Positions 18,400 to 29,571 of a DNA stretch of 64,000 nucleotides are shown in pieces; within the stretch, counting starts at the first letter, position 1; every line of letters begins with the position of its first letter. This DNA is from Candidatus Eiseniibacteriota bacterium (GTDB lineage Bacteria > Eisenbacteria > RBG-16-71-46 > CAZAMP01). Below the pieces are notes generated by a model that did not search any database, had not been told where the DNA came from, and was given only the letters and a program-made list of their open reading frames with translations. The position numbers were made by a program, and so were the translations under genes. The stretch lies in assembly GCA_965224245.1 (NCBI GenBank), contig OZ245046.1:1824001-1888000 (forward strand). The letters run 5' to 3'.

Positions 18400-18530
18400 G
18401 TGAAATCGCGTCGGCCACCTCGGATCAGGGGAAGTGACCGCCGTTGCTGGCGCTCGCGGCCGGGGTCTCACGTCACACGTGATGCGATCTCCCCCGGGAA
18501 GCGCCCTTCCCCCTGGCGTGTCGGGGCGTG

Positions 18531-19109
18531 TCAGGCCGCTCCGGGCGTCGACTCCAGCATCGCCAGGAGGGACTCCAGCTCCCGGCGCACCTCGCTGACG
18601 GCCGACACACGCTCGGCATCCGCGAACGTGAGCTGTCCCGGATCGACGTCGCTCTCGCCGTCCGAGGCGTCTCGGTCCGGGGCGTCATCGCCGGCTCCGT
18701 CTCGACCGGCACCGGCGGCGGGGGCCCCATCCGCGCGGGCGGCGGCCGATCGGCCGCGCGGGCGGCGCGCCGCCGTGGCGGGCGAGCTCACAGCACCCGG
18801 TCGCGCCGGGGTCGACGGGGCGACCACCGCCTCGGAGTCGACGAGCTGCCCGTCGACGAGGATCCCCACACGACGGGCATCCAGGAGCTTTCGCCGGGCG
18901 CCCGCGATCGTGTAGCCGTGGCGGTACAGGAGATCGCGAATGGTCAGCACGAGGTTCATGTCCCGGGTGCGATACTGGCGGTTCCCCGCGCGGTTCTTCT
19001 TCGGGCGAAGCATCTTGAACTGCGTCTCCCAGTAGCGGAGGACGTGGGGCTTCACGTCGGCGGCATCGGAGACCTCGCTGATCGAGTAGTAGAGCTTTCC
19101 ATCCGTCAT
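18531..19109 (-). CDS. MerR-family HTH protein (type usually found beside ihfA and tRNA-Pro)
   Basis: KLYYSISEVS..VKPHVLRYWETQF..PKKNRAGNRQY..LLYRHGYTIAGA; GGAGAGG RBS. Confidence 0.9.
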   Translation of the reverse strand: MTDGKLYYSISEVSDAADVKPHVLRYWETQFKMLRPKKNRAGNRQYRTRDMNLVLTIRDLLYRHGYTIAGARRKLLDARRVGILVDGQLVDSEAVVAPSTPARPGAVSSPATAARRPRGRSAAARADGAPAAGAGRDGAGDDAPDRDASDGESDVDPGQLTFADAERVSAVSEVRRELESLLAMLESTPGAA

Positions 19110-19180
19110 CGACGCCTCTCCTTCTCCATCAGGCTCTCGCCGTCGGGACTCGTTCGTCACCCGCGGAGCTCGGCTCTGTG

Positions 19181-20188
19181 CTACCAGACCTCCGCGCGCG
19201 GCTTTCGCAGCATCAGGTCGCGGATCGTGGTTCTCGGGTCCTTGCCCTCGAACAGGATCCGGTGGATCTCGGTCGAGATCGGCATCTCGACCCGGTGACG
19301 AAGCGCCAGCTCCTTGATCGCCTTCGCCGTGGACACGCCTTCGGCGACCATGATCATCTCGGCCTGGATGTCCTCCAGCGTGCGTCCGTGCGCCAGCTCG
19401 ACACCGACCGTGTGGTTCCGGCTCTGCTCGCTCGAGCACGTCGTGACCAAATCGCCCAGCCCCGCCAGACCCGCGAACGTCTCGCGACGTCCCCCCATCG
19501 CGCTGGCCATGCGGATGATCTCAGCGAGCCCTCGGGTGATCAGGGCTCCCCTCGTGTTGTCCCCGTAGCCGAGCCCGTCGGAGATCCCGACCGCTATGGC
19601 GATCGTGTTCTTCAGCGCGGCCCCCAGCTCCACGCCGACGACGTCGCTGTTCGTGTACACCCGGAACGTCTCGTTCATCAGCACCGACTGCGCGCGGCGG
19701 GCGGTCTCCTCGTGCGTGCTGGCCGCCACGACGGTGGTCGGCATGCCGAGCGCGACCTCGCGGGCCAGGCTGGGACCGCACACCGTACCCACGTTGCGCT
19801 CGGCGCCATCGGGAAGCTCGTCGGCGATGACCTCGGTCATGCGCATCAGGGTCGACAGCTCGATGCCCTTGGCCAGCGAGATGTGAATGGCGTCCCCGCG
19901 ACTGGAGCCCGAGACACCGCGCGCCACCTCGCGCATCGACTGCGATGGGATCGCATAGAAGATGGTGTCCACGTCGGCCAGCGCATGCGCGAGCGTGGAC
20001 GTCGGCGCGACGCCGTCGGGCAGCGTGATCCCCGGGAGGAAGGTCCGGTTCTCGCCGAGGATCCGGATCTCCTCGATGACCCGTGGGTTCCGGCCCCACA
20101 GCCGCACGGCCCGTCCTTCACGTGCCAGCATCACGGCGATCGTCGTGCCCCAGTTGCCGGCCCCGAGGACGCAGACGGGTAATGACAT
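19181..20188 (-). CDS. gpsA: NAD(P)H-dependent glycerol-3-phosphate dehydrogenase
   Basis: VLGAGNWGT, LAKGIE, GPSLAREV, GAALKN, GLGDLVTTC..SRN. Confidence 0.96.
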   Translation of the reverse strand: MSLPVCVLGAGNWGTTIAVMLAREGRAVRLWGRNPRVIEEIRILGENRTFLPGITLPDGVAPTSTLAHALADVDTIFYAIPSQSMREVARGVSGSSRGDAIHISLAKGIELSTLMRMTEVIADELPDGAERNVGTVCGPSLAREVALGMPTTVVAASTHEETARRAQSVLMNETFRVYTNSDVVGVELGAALKNTIAIAVGISDGLGYGDNTRGALITRGLAEIIRMASAMGGRRETFAGLAGLGDLVTTCSSEQSRNHTVGVELAHGRTLEDIQAEMIMVAEGVSTAKAIKELALRHRVEMPISTEIHRILFEGKDPRTTIRDLMLRKPRAEVW

Positions 20189-20189
20189 G

Positions 20190-20819
20190 TCAGCTTCGCT
20201 TGAAGGAGAATCGACGTTCCTCACCGCGGCGCAGTTTACGCAGATTGGATCGGTGGCGCAACACGATTGCCAGCGCAATCACCCACGTGACAACGATTAA
20301 CGCTACGCGTGCGGAGCGGGGGGGGAACACCCACGTGGTGAGGACCGGAATGGTGGTCGCGCCCAGCATCGACGCCACCGACATGTAGCGCAACGAGAGG
20401 AGCACGACCACGAACACCGCCAGCCCGCCCAGCGCGGCGCTCGTCACCAGGAACAGAAGCACGCCGCCGCCGGTCGCCACGCCCTTGCCGCCGCGGAAGC
20501 CGAAGAACAGCGGCCAGGTGTGACCCACCACCGCGCCGATGCCGCCCGCCATGCCCAGGTGCAACGGATCCACGCCGGCCAGCGGCGCAACCACCCAGCG
20601 CCCGAGCGCCACGGCCGCACTCCCCTTCAGCATGTCCCCGACCAGGACCGGCACCGCCGCCCGCATGCCCAGCGAGCGGTTGACGTTCGTGAAGCCCGGG
20701 TTGCCGCTGCCCACGTCGTGAATCGAGAGCCCGTGCAGGCGCGCCACGACGACGGCGCACATGATGCTTCCGAGGAGGTATCCGGCCACCAGTGTCACGG
20801 TGACCGACAGAGCCGTCAT
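20190..20819 (-). CDS. plsY: Glycerol-3-phosphate acyltransferase
   Basis: YLLGSI, GSGNPGFTN, DMLKG, GHTWPLFFGFRGGKGVAT, RHRSNLRKL. Confidence 0.96.
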   Translation of the reverse strand: MTALSVTVTLVAGYLLGSIMCAVVVARLHGLSIHDVGSGNPGFTNVNRSLGMRAAVPVLVGDMLKGSAAVALGRWVVAPLAGVDPLHLGMAGGIGAVVGHTWPLFFGFRGGKGVATGGGVLLFLVTSAALGGLAVFVVVLLSLRYMSVASMLGATTIPVLTTWVFPPRSARVALIVVTWVIALAIVLRHRSNLRKLRRGEERRFSFKRS

Positions 20820-20985
20820 CGTGATCCCTCACGGTTCAGAGTCCGTTCACTCGGACTCGCGTACCATACTCCACGTGACGTCCGGTGAAGTCAAACCGTC
20901 ACCCGTGCGGTGCCGCGCCATGGCCGAACGATCGGTCGCCGGGATCGGACGCGTCGCGGCGAGACCGGCGCCGATCCCTCCGACG

Positions 20986-22305
20986 TCACTTCCGTCGATA
21001 GAGCACGCGGAGCGGCGTCCCGAAGTAGCCGAAGCTCTCGCGGAGGCGGTTCTTGACGTAGCGCCGGTAGTTGTCCTCGACCATGTTCGGCTTGTTGCAG
21101 TACACGATGAACGTGGGAGGCGCCACGCCGACCTGTCGCATGCCCCAGAACCGCATCATGGCGCCCTTGGTGTACGGGTGCGACTTGGCGGCGGTGACGC
21201 GATCGATGAATGCGTCGAGATCCGCGGCGCTCTGCTCGGCCCGGGCGGCCCGGTAGACGTCGTCGATGCGCTCCATGACCCGCGAGACGCGCTGGGTCGT
21301 CCTGGCGGACAGGAACTCCGAGGGCGCGTGATCGAAGTCGGGCACGTGGCGGGCCGCCTCGCGTACGATGTCGCGCGAGGTCAGCGTCTCCTTGCTCTCG
21401 ACGACGTCCCACTTGTTGAAGACGAAGAGTACCGGACGCCCCGACTCGAAGGGCATCGCCGCGATGCGGAAGTCCTGCCGGCTCAGGGGCTCGGTGGCAT
21501 CGAACACGACCACCGCCACGTCTGCCCGCTCCAGCGATCGCGTGGTCCGGATCGACGAGAAGTACTCGGCGCCGCGCGTCGTCTTCGTGCGCCGGTGGAG
21601 CCCCGCGGTGTCGATCAGCGTGTAGTCGCGTCCCTCGTAGCGGAAGTCGGTGTCGATCGCGTCGCGCGTGGTGCCGGGGATCTCGCTGACGATCATGCGC
21701 TCGCGCTGGAGCATCGCGTTCACGAGGGAGGACTTGCCCACGTTGGGCCGTCCGATCACGGCGATGGCGATCCGGCCGTCGGTGTCGGCGGTCTCGCCGG
21801 GGGGCATGTCGGCGGTGATCTCGTCCAGGAGGTCGGCCACACCGCGTCCCTCGAGCCCGGACACGAGGTGAAGATCGCCGACGCCCAGCTCGGCGAACTC
21901 GTGCCCGGCGGCCTCCAGCGGCTCCGCGTCGATCTTCGTGACCACCAGCGTCACGTCCGCGCCCCGGCGGCGCAGTAGGTCGGCCACGTCGTGGTCGTCG
22001 GCCACGGGCCCCTCTCGCCCGTCCACGACGAACAGCACGCGGCGGCTCTCGCCGAGCGCCATCTCGACCTGCTCGCGGATGCGCTCCTCGATGATCCCCT
22101 CGGCGGCCAGGAGGAGCCCGCCCGTGTCGACGAGCATGAAGGGCTTCCCTTCCCACTCGGTCACGGCCATGTGGCGATCCCGGGTCACGCCGGGCGCGTC
22201 GTCGACCACGGCCTGGCGCCGGCGCAGGATGCGGTTGAAGAGCGTGGACTTCCCGACGTTGGGACGGCCCACGATGCTGACGATGGGCAGGCTGGCGCGA
22301 CTCAT
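20986..22305 (-). CDS. der: Ribosome biogenesis GTPase Der
   Basis: Two GTPase domains (GRPNVGKS twice, PGVTRD, PGTTRD, DTGG/DTAG) and a KH-like C-terminus. Confidence 0.97.
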   Translation of the reverse strand: MSRASLPIVSIVGRPNVGKSTLFNRILRRRQAVVDDAPGVTRDRHMAVTEWEGKPFMLVDTGGLLLAAEGIIEERIREQVEMALGESRRVLFVVDGREGPVADDHDVADLLRRRGADVTLVVTKIDAEPLEAAGHEFAELGVGDLHLVSGLEGRGVADLLDEITADMPPGETADTDGRIAIAVIGRPNVGKSSLVNAMLQRERMIVSEIPGTTRDAIDTDFRYEGRDYTLIDTAGLHRRTKTTRGAEYFSSIRTTRSLERADVAVVVFDATEPLSRQDFRIAAMPFESGRPVLFVFNKWDVVESKETLTSRDIVREAARHVPDFDHAPSEFLSARTTQRVSRVMERIDDVYRAARAEQSAADLDAFIDRVTAAKSHPYTKGAMMRFWGMRQVGVAPPTFIVYCNKPNMVEDNYRRYVKNRLRESFGYFGTPLRVLYRRK

Positions 22306-22458
22306 GGCGCGGGAGTCTACGGCAAAGCGGCGGGACGCGCCACGCGATCGATGACGGGGACCCCGACGCCGCGTCTCTGGTGAGACCGGCGTTGCCCGAC
22401 CGGCGCACCATCAGGCATTAAGGCACTCCCGGCCCCGGATTCATCGACGAGGTTCTCG

Positions 22459-22914
22459 ATGACGCTCGCCCGTCTCCGCTCGACCGTCCTCACGCTCGCG
22501 GCAGCGGCCGTGATTCCCCTCGCCGGGTGCGACGAGGACGAGTCTCCCACCGGACCCAGCGGTAACGGCGCAACCCGTTCCCGGCACACGTGGCCGCCCA
22601 GCTGGCCAGGGCCTACCGGACATCGCAGCCCCGCAGGCGACGACGGCCACGAGGCGGGAGACGCCGACGTCTACGCCGCGCTCGTCCACGAGGGATACAC
22701 GTTCCAGCCGTCGGAGGACGGTGGACCGGTGTCGCCGCTTCGGCTCGGCGTACACGGCAGCCCCGCGGTGTTCATCTTCGAGCCGGTGACGTCGGGCGTC
22801 ACCACGCTCTACCGGATCGTGTATCAGCAGGATCTCTACACGCGCGAGGTCCCGGCCGCCCGGTCGAGCGGCGTGGAGACGAGCTGGTCGGAGCTGAAGA
22901 GCCTCTGGAACTGA
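22459..22914 (+). CDS. Hypothetical lipoprotein with SWxxLKxL C-terminal motif, possibly degenerate
   Basis: GAGG RBS; lipobox LAGC; ends VETSWSELKSLWN. Confidence 0.5.
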   Translation: MTLARLRSTVLTLAAAAVIPLAGCDEDESPTGPSGNGATRSRHTWPPSWPGPTGHRSPAGDDGHEAGDADVYAALVHEGYTFQPSEDGGPVSPLRLGVHGSPAVFIFEPVTSGVTTLYRIVYQQDLYTREVPAARSSGVETSWSELKSLWN

Positions 22915-23372
22915 GCGCACGGGCCACCGGGCGGTCCGTGCGCTTCCGCTCAGGAGGCCGCCGCACGCGCGACGCGACGCCGGCTGCACCGCACCGCACG
23001 GGTCCGCGGGGCCGGCGGACGTGACGAGATCCCGGGCGAAATGCCTCACGTCCAGGTTTCTCCCACCGAGAGGGTCGAGCACGGCCACCTGCCGTCGCGG
23101 GCGCCGAGTGCGCTCGCGCGCGATCGGCGCACGTGAGCCCGCCCGCGACGCGTTCCCGCCGGTTACCGCGCGTCCGGACCCGCGTACCCCCCCAGGTGCC
23201 GACATCGGCTCGGAACCACCACCGAACCGGACGGAGATTTGCCTCACCGAAGTCCGGAGGCGGCCGACCGCCACTCGCGATCGCGGCGTGCCTCCCCTGC
23301 CGTCGCTCCGAGGCTCCCGGAGACGGCGGCTCGGTTCCCGCCGGCCATGGTGGAGCGGATACGGAGGGCGCC

Positions 23373-23546
23373 ATGAAGGGCCTGAAGCTGACCCTCGCGA
23401 TCGCGGCGACCGCGATCACCCTCGGATGCGGTCGCGACGTGACCGCGCCCGACACCACGACGCAGACGACGATCGACGAGCCGCACGCGCTCGGCACCGA
23501 CTGGGTCATCGACGAGATGACCGGGGAGTGGATCCAGCTCAACTGA
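23373..23546 (+). CDS. Small hypothetical lipoprotein (57 aa)
   Basis: GGAGGG RBS before ATG 23373; MKGLKLTLAIAATAITLGC signal; GC-rich third positions. Confidence 0.55.
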   Translation: MKGLKLTLAIAATAITLGCGRDVTAPDTTTQTTIDEPHALGTDWVIDEMTGEWIQLN

Positions 23547-23646
23547 GAGACGCGCCTTCGCGGGGGCGTGCGTTGCCGGGCTACCTGACCGCGTCGGGAC
23601 ACACTCCATCGATGGGGTCGCTGCCGACGTGAGACATGGAGGGAAG

Positions 23647-23722
23647 TGGAGCGGGCAACGGGGGTCGAACCCGCGACTTTCAGCTTGGGAAGCTGACACT
23701 CTACCAACTGAGTTATGCCCGC
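23647..23722 (-). tRNA. tRNA-Gly(CCC)
   Basis: GCGGGCATAACTCAGTTGGTAGAG...tcagc-TTCCCAA-gctga...GGTTCGACCC...GCCCGCTCCA. Confidence 0.96.
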
Positions 23723-23743
23723 TCACGATGGCTAGAGGCGAGG

Positions 23744-23771
23744 ATGATACCTGGCGCACCGGGCGCGTCAA
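23744..23771 (-). promoter_or_regulatory. Sigma-70 promoter for tRNA-Gly
   Basis: TTGACG-N16-TATCAT on the minus strand. Confidence 0.6.
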
Positions 23772-23824
23772 GTCCACCGGGCGGCCGGACCGGGCGGCCC
23801 TGCGCCCGACGGGCGCGACGGCCG

Positions 23825-24850
23825 CTAGTCGAGTGGCACGGGATCCCCATGACGCAGCCGATCCGCGAGACCGGACGCGATCGCCGCCCCGTCGCCCTCC
23901 CCGAGGACGACCCACTCGATCCCAGGCTCGCGACGAAACCACGTGAGCTGTCGGCGTGCAAATCGGCGCGTCTTCGTCTGGATCTCCTGGATCGCCTCCG
24001 CGGTCGACGACTCTCCCCGCACCGCGCGGACCGCCTCGGGATAGCCGAGCGTCCGGTAGGCCGGCCAGCTCGCGTCGAACCCCCGGGCCAGGAGTCCCCG
24101 CACCTCGTCGAGGAGCCCCGCGTCGAACATGGCCACGACCCGCCGATCGATTCGATCGTGCAGCTCGGCCCGGTCTCGATCGACGCCGACGACGTCCGCC
24201 GGAAACGCGGCATGGCCCCAGGCCCCGGGGGCGCCCCCGTCACTGGACCGAGACGGGTCGGCCGCTCGTCCGCCCCCGCCGGCTTCGGCCCCGGACTCGG
24301 CCCACAGCTCGGACATCGGCCGTCCCGTGATCGTCCACACCTCGAGCGCACGCACGACGCGCTCGCGATTGTTGGGGTGCATGCCCGCCGCGGCCACCGG
24401 ATCCACGGCCCGCAGACGCTCATGGAGGGCCGGTGCCCCGAGTTGCCGACACTCCTCGCGCAGCGTGCGCCGTACGTCGGGGTCCGACGGAAGCTCGGCC
24501 AGCCCCCGGCGAAGCGCCCTCAGGTAGAGCCCCGAGCCACCGGTGATCAGGGCCGGCACGTCGCGCCGCGCGAGGTCCGAGAGCACCGCTCGTGCCTCGC
24601 GCGCGAAGCGACCGGCACTCCACGCCTCGCGAGGATCGGCGACGTCGACGAGATGGTGCTGCACCCGGGTACACTCGTCCGGCGTCGGCTTGGCGGTCCC
24701 GACCGTGAGCCCACGATAGAGCTGGCGCGAGTCGCACGAGAGGATCTCCGCCCCGGCGCGCTCGGCTACCTCCAGCGCCAGAGACGTCTTCCCGACCGCC
24801 GTCGGTCCGACCAGCATCAGCGCGCGGCACGTGAGCGGCTCGGGCGACAT
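23825..24850 (-). CDS. miaA: tRNA dimethylallyltransferase
   Basis: GPTAVGKT, DSRQLYRGLTVGTAKP, TGGSGLY, RVVRALEV, TRRFARRQLTWF; follows mutL. Confidence 0.96.
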   Translation of the reverse strand: MSPEPLTCRALMLVGPTAVGKTSLALEVAERAGAEILSCDSRQLYRGLTVGTAKPTPDECTRVQHHLVDVADPREAWSAGRFAREARAVLSDLARRDVPALITGGSGLYLRALRRGLAELPSDPDVRRTLREECRQLGAPALHERLRAVDPVAAAGMHPNNRERVVRALEVWTITGRPMSELWAESGAEAGGGGRAADPSRSSDGGAPGAWGHAAFPADVVGVDRDRAELHDRIDRRVVAMFDAGLLDEVRGLLARGFDASWPAYRTLGYPEAVRAVRGESSTAEAIQEIQTKTRRFARRQLTWFRREPGIEWVVLGEGDGAAIASGLADRLRHGDPVPLD

Positions 24851-24857
24851 CTCGGCC

Positions 24858-26702
<1,845 letters not shown>

Positions 26703-26708
26703 GTGTCC

Positions 26709-28085
26709 TCAGCCCACCGGCGGCAGGTCGTCCGGAAGCACCGCGACGAAGCGGTCGACCAGTGCCCGGATCCGCGCCACGACGCCGCGGCGGCCGCCCG
26801 CACTCGCCGGCACGTCCGCGAAGGTCACGACGACGCTCGATCCCCGCGCGCGAGCGCGGCCCTCGCGCACCGTCAGACGCTCTCCATCGCGCGACCACAC
26901 GATCTCGGACTCGCCGCCGTCTCCGGCCATCCACGTGCTCGTTCGCGGCACGCGGAACGTGCCGCCACCGGATCCGACGCCGGTCAGCACGTCGTCGCGC
27001 GCGCCGCCCCACAGGCAGATGCACTCGGCGGCGCCCAGGAAGTCGGCCATCGCATCACACACCGCGCCGATCGACGACGTGAGCCCGTCACCGGTCTCGA
27101 GACGTCCCGAGATCGCACCCACCAGTGCGTCCAGACGCGCGCCACGCCGCAGGCCGTCGAGCTCCGCCACCGAGCGGAGCGCCGGGGTGACCGCAGCCAC
27201 GAGCGCGTCGGCGGACTCGCGCTCGGGGACGTCCACGAGGCGAAGCTCCGCGCCGCCCGGGGCGCCCGCGTCGCCGAGCCGGATCCGGGTCACGCGATCG
27301 CTCGCGGCCTCGTCGGTGACGAACGCCGGCGGCCCGCCGCTCTCTGCCCGACGATCGGACCAGACCATCGGCGCCATGGCGTCGTCGGGCACGATCGCGC
27401 CGAACGCCGCTCCCGTGGTGGCCGAGGCGCGCTCGAGCGTCCACGCGTAGAACTTGCCGAGGTCGTCGAGATACGGGGTCAGACGCGCGAGCGCGTCCAG
27501 CTCGACGTCGTCGAGCCGCTCGTGCGCGGCGATCGCGGTCGCCGCGCCGACGCGGGCGCCCTGCGAGCGCGCCGGCGGAGGGGCATCGGCCACTGACGGC
27601 GCCTGCCCCGGCGCCGATCGCGAGAGCTCGCGTCCGTTCGCTCCCGAGGCCGTGGGGCCCGCCGCGGGCGCCACCGGACTCGGCGCGGATGCGGCGCCGC
27701 TCGACGGCGTCTCGCCGATCGGCTCCATGCGCGTCGTCTCATCCGATCCGTGGGCGTCGGAATCCTCCTCGGGCACACCGTGGTCGGCGGTCAGCCGGTT
27801 CCAGGCGTCGTCCTCGTGCCAGACCTGCTCGGGCGAGAGTCGTAGCTTCGCGGCCAGCGTGCGAAAGGACTCGTCGCCGTAGATCAGAACGTCGCACGTC
27901 GGTAGCTCGTCCCCGCTCTCGTAGACGCGGACGCCGAGAATCTCGGCGATGCGGGTGGTCTCGCGCCCGCCGGGGCGATCCACGATGCCGGCCACCTCGT
28001 AGCCGGCGCCCTCGTTGAGAAGGAGGAAGAGGTCCATCTTGTCGTCGGCGATGCCGGCCAGAACGACCCGCTTCGCGTTGCTCAT
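26709..28085 (-). CDS. Hypothetical protein: Rossmann-like N-terminus, low-complexity linker, GAF-like C-terminus
   Basis: GGAGAG RBS and ATG 28085 directly after the GT9 stop; fills the gap up to mutL. Confidence 0.6.
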   Translation of the reverse strand: MSNAKRVVLAGIADDKMDLFLLLNEGAGYEVAGIVDRPGGRETTRIAEILGVRVYESGDELPTCDVLIYGDESFRTLAAKLRLSPEQVWHEDDAWNRLTADHGVPEEDSDAHGSDETTRMEPIGETPSSGAASAPSPVAPAAGPTASGANGRELSRSAPGQAPSVADAPPPARSQGARVGAATAIAAHERLDDVELDALARLTPYLDDLGKFYAWTLERASATTGAAFGAIVPDDAMAPMVWSDRRAESGGPPAFVTDEAASDRVTRIRLGDAGAPGGAELRLVDVPERESADALVAAVTPALRSVAELDGLRRGARLDALVGAISGRLETGDGLTSSIGAVCDAMADFLGAAECICLWGGARDDVLTGVGSGGGTFRVPRTSTWMAGDGGESEIVWSRDGERLTVREGRARARGSSVVVTFADVPASAGGRRGVVARIRALVDRFVAVLPDDLPPVG

Positions 28086-28087
28086 CG

Positions 28088-29191
28088 TTACTCTCCCGGT
28101 GTCAGGGTCGGCATGTCGGACGTCGGCGCGCCTCGGTCCGGCTCGGCGCATATCCAGGCGGAGAGCGCATCCCAGACGTCGTCGACGGTGATGTCGAAAA
28201 GGCAACGGCGGTGCCCGAAGCGGCAACGATGCCCGCCGTGCACGTGGCACGGCCGGCACGCCATCGCGCGTTCGAGGAGGATACTGTCCGAACGCCACGG
28301 GGCGAAGCCGAACTCTCGCGTCGTGGGACCGAAGAGCGCGATCACCGGAGTTCCGACGGCCTCGGCCACGTGCATCGGTCCCGAATCCGACGTCACCATG
28401 ACCGATGCCTCGGACAGACGCGCCGGGAGCTCGCCCAGATCGGTGGCCAGATCCCGCACGCGTGCCTCTTCCCGGACGAGCGGGGCGAACGCCTCGCGCA
28501 CCCGCGCGTCGTCGGGCCCCCTGACCACGAGGATCGGCCGATCGGTGCGCTCGAGGAGCCGGCGGGCGATCTCGACGTGACGCTCGATCGGCCACCGCTT
28601 GTTGCGCCAGGCGCTTCCGGGGGCCAGCGCCACCGGTCGGGGGCCGGAAGAGGCTCCGGCGGTCGCCCCCGCGCGCGCGGGCACGACGAGACGCGGGCGC
28701 GCGTCGGCACGCGCGCCCGGCACGCCGCGCGCGGCGATCAGATAGCGCTCGATCACCGGCGTGGGACGCCAGCCGAGCCTCGTCGGCGAGAGGATCCGTC
28801 GCGTCGTGCGGGGCCAGCAGCGCGCCAGGAGACGGCGCTGGAGCCCGTCCTTGGCCACGCGGATCAACCGCGGCGCGGCATCGCGCCGGGCTCCCCTGCC
28901 GTCGCCGAGCCCGATGGTGAGGCGCCGGCTCGTGGTGCTCCCCTGCAGATCCAGCACGACGTCGGGGACGAACGCCCGGATCTCCTCGCGCGTGGCGGCG
29001 ACGTGCGCCCGATCCAGCCGGATCAGTCGCGCCAGCCTCGGATCGTCCCGGTACAGTGCGTCGTACGGCGCGCGCGTCACGAGCGCCAGCTCGGCGCAAC
29101 CAGACAGCGATTCGATCACGGCGCTGGCAAGGGTCACGTCCCCGAGCGCACTCAGCCGTACGACGACGACGCGCTGCCGGACCTCGGTCAC
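28088..29191 (-). CDS. Glycosyltransferase family 9 (LPS heptosyltransferase-like)
   Basis: VRLSALGDV, APGSAWRNKRWP, DSGPMHVAEAVGTPVIALFGPT, CRPC. Confidence 0.92.
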   Translation of the reverse strand: MTEVRQRVVVVRLSALGDVTLASAVIESLSGCAELALVTRAPYDALYRDDPRLARLIRLDRAHVAATREEIRAFVPDVVLDLQGSTTSRRLTIGLGDGRGARRDAAPRLIRVAKDGLQRRLLARCWPRTTRRILSPTRLGWRPTPVIERYLIAARGVPGARADARPRLVVPARAGATAGASSGPRPVALAPGSAWRNKRWPIERHVEIARRLLERTDRPILVVRGPDDARVREAFAPLVREEARVRDLATDLGELPARLSEASVMVTSDSGPMHVAEAVGTPVIALFGPTTREFGFAPWRSDSILLERAMACRPCHVHGGHRCRFGHRRCLFDITVDDVWDALSAWICAEPDRGAPTSDMPTLTPGE

Positions 29192-29571
29192 GACCGCCGA
29201 CCGGAGACGTGATAGCGGCGCACGAACTCCTCGTCGAAGTCGTAGACGTCGCGAAAGCTGTCGATCGTGTCCTCCTCGCGGAGCGAGAACAGCTCGACGT
29301 CGACGAGACGTCTCGCGATGTGCCCGAAGTCGACGGTTTCCCGGAGCCCCCAGGCTCGGAACACCGTCGGAGCGAGCGATCCGAAGCGCACACGTGCGTA
29401 GTCCCGCGTCGCCAGCACGAGGTCCCGGGCTCCCACACGGGCCCGCCGACCCTGGCGGCGGTGCACCACGTCGAGCGCGGCCAGCACGAACACGTAGGCC
29501 GCGACCGAGTAACGCGCGTCGCCCTCGGCGAGCACGCTGACGACGTCGTCCACGTCGATGGAAGTCGTCAC
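29188..29571 (-). CDS. Minf_1886-family (Planctomycete/Verrucomicrobia-type) conserved protein
   Basis: DARY...AYVFV..AL, RFGSLAPTVF..WG....DFGHI...LV...F...EEDT...F...YDF; coupled to nadB and GT9 by GTGA overlaps. Confidence 0.75.
   Translation of the reverse strand: MTTSIDVDDVVSVLAEGDARYSVAAYVFVLAALDVVHRRQGRRARVGARDLVLATRDYARVRFGSLAPTVFRAWGLRETVDFGHIARRLVDVELFSLREEDTIDSFRDVYDFDEEFVRRYHVSGRRS

Noticed and set aside
22915..23372. Riboswitch or ncRNA in the long intergenic region
   Set aside because: I could not recognise c-di-GMP, ZTP, cobalamin or TPP cores by eye; an Rfam/Infernal scan would be needed
16594..23722. tRNA-anchored integrative element
   Set aside because: No integrase and no duplicated tRNA 3' end. 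The shared sequence at 16594 and 18232 is simply two complete tRNA-Pro genes, and TGGAGCGG at 23351 is too short to be an att site
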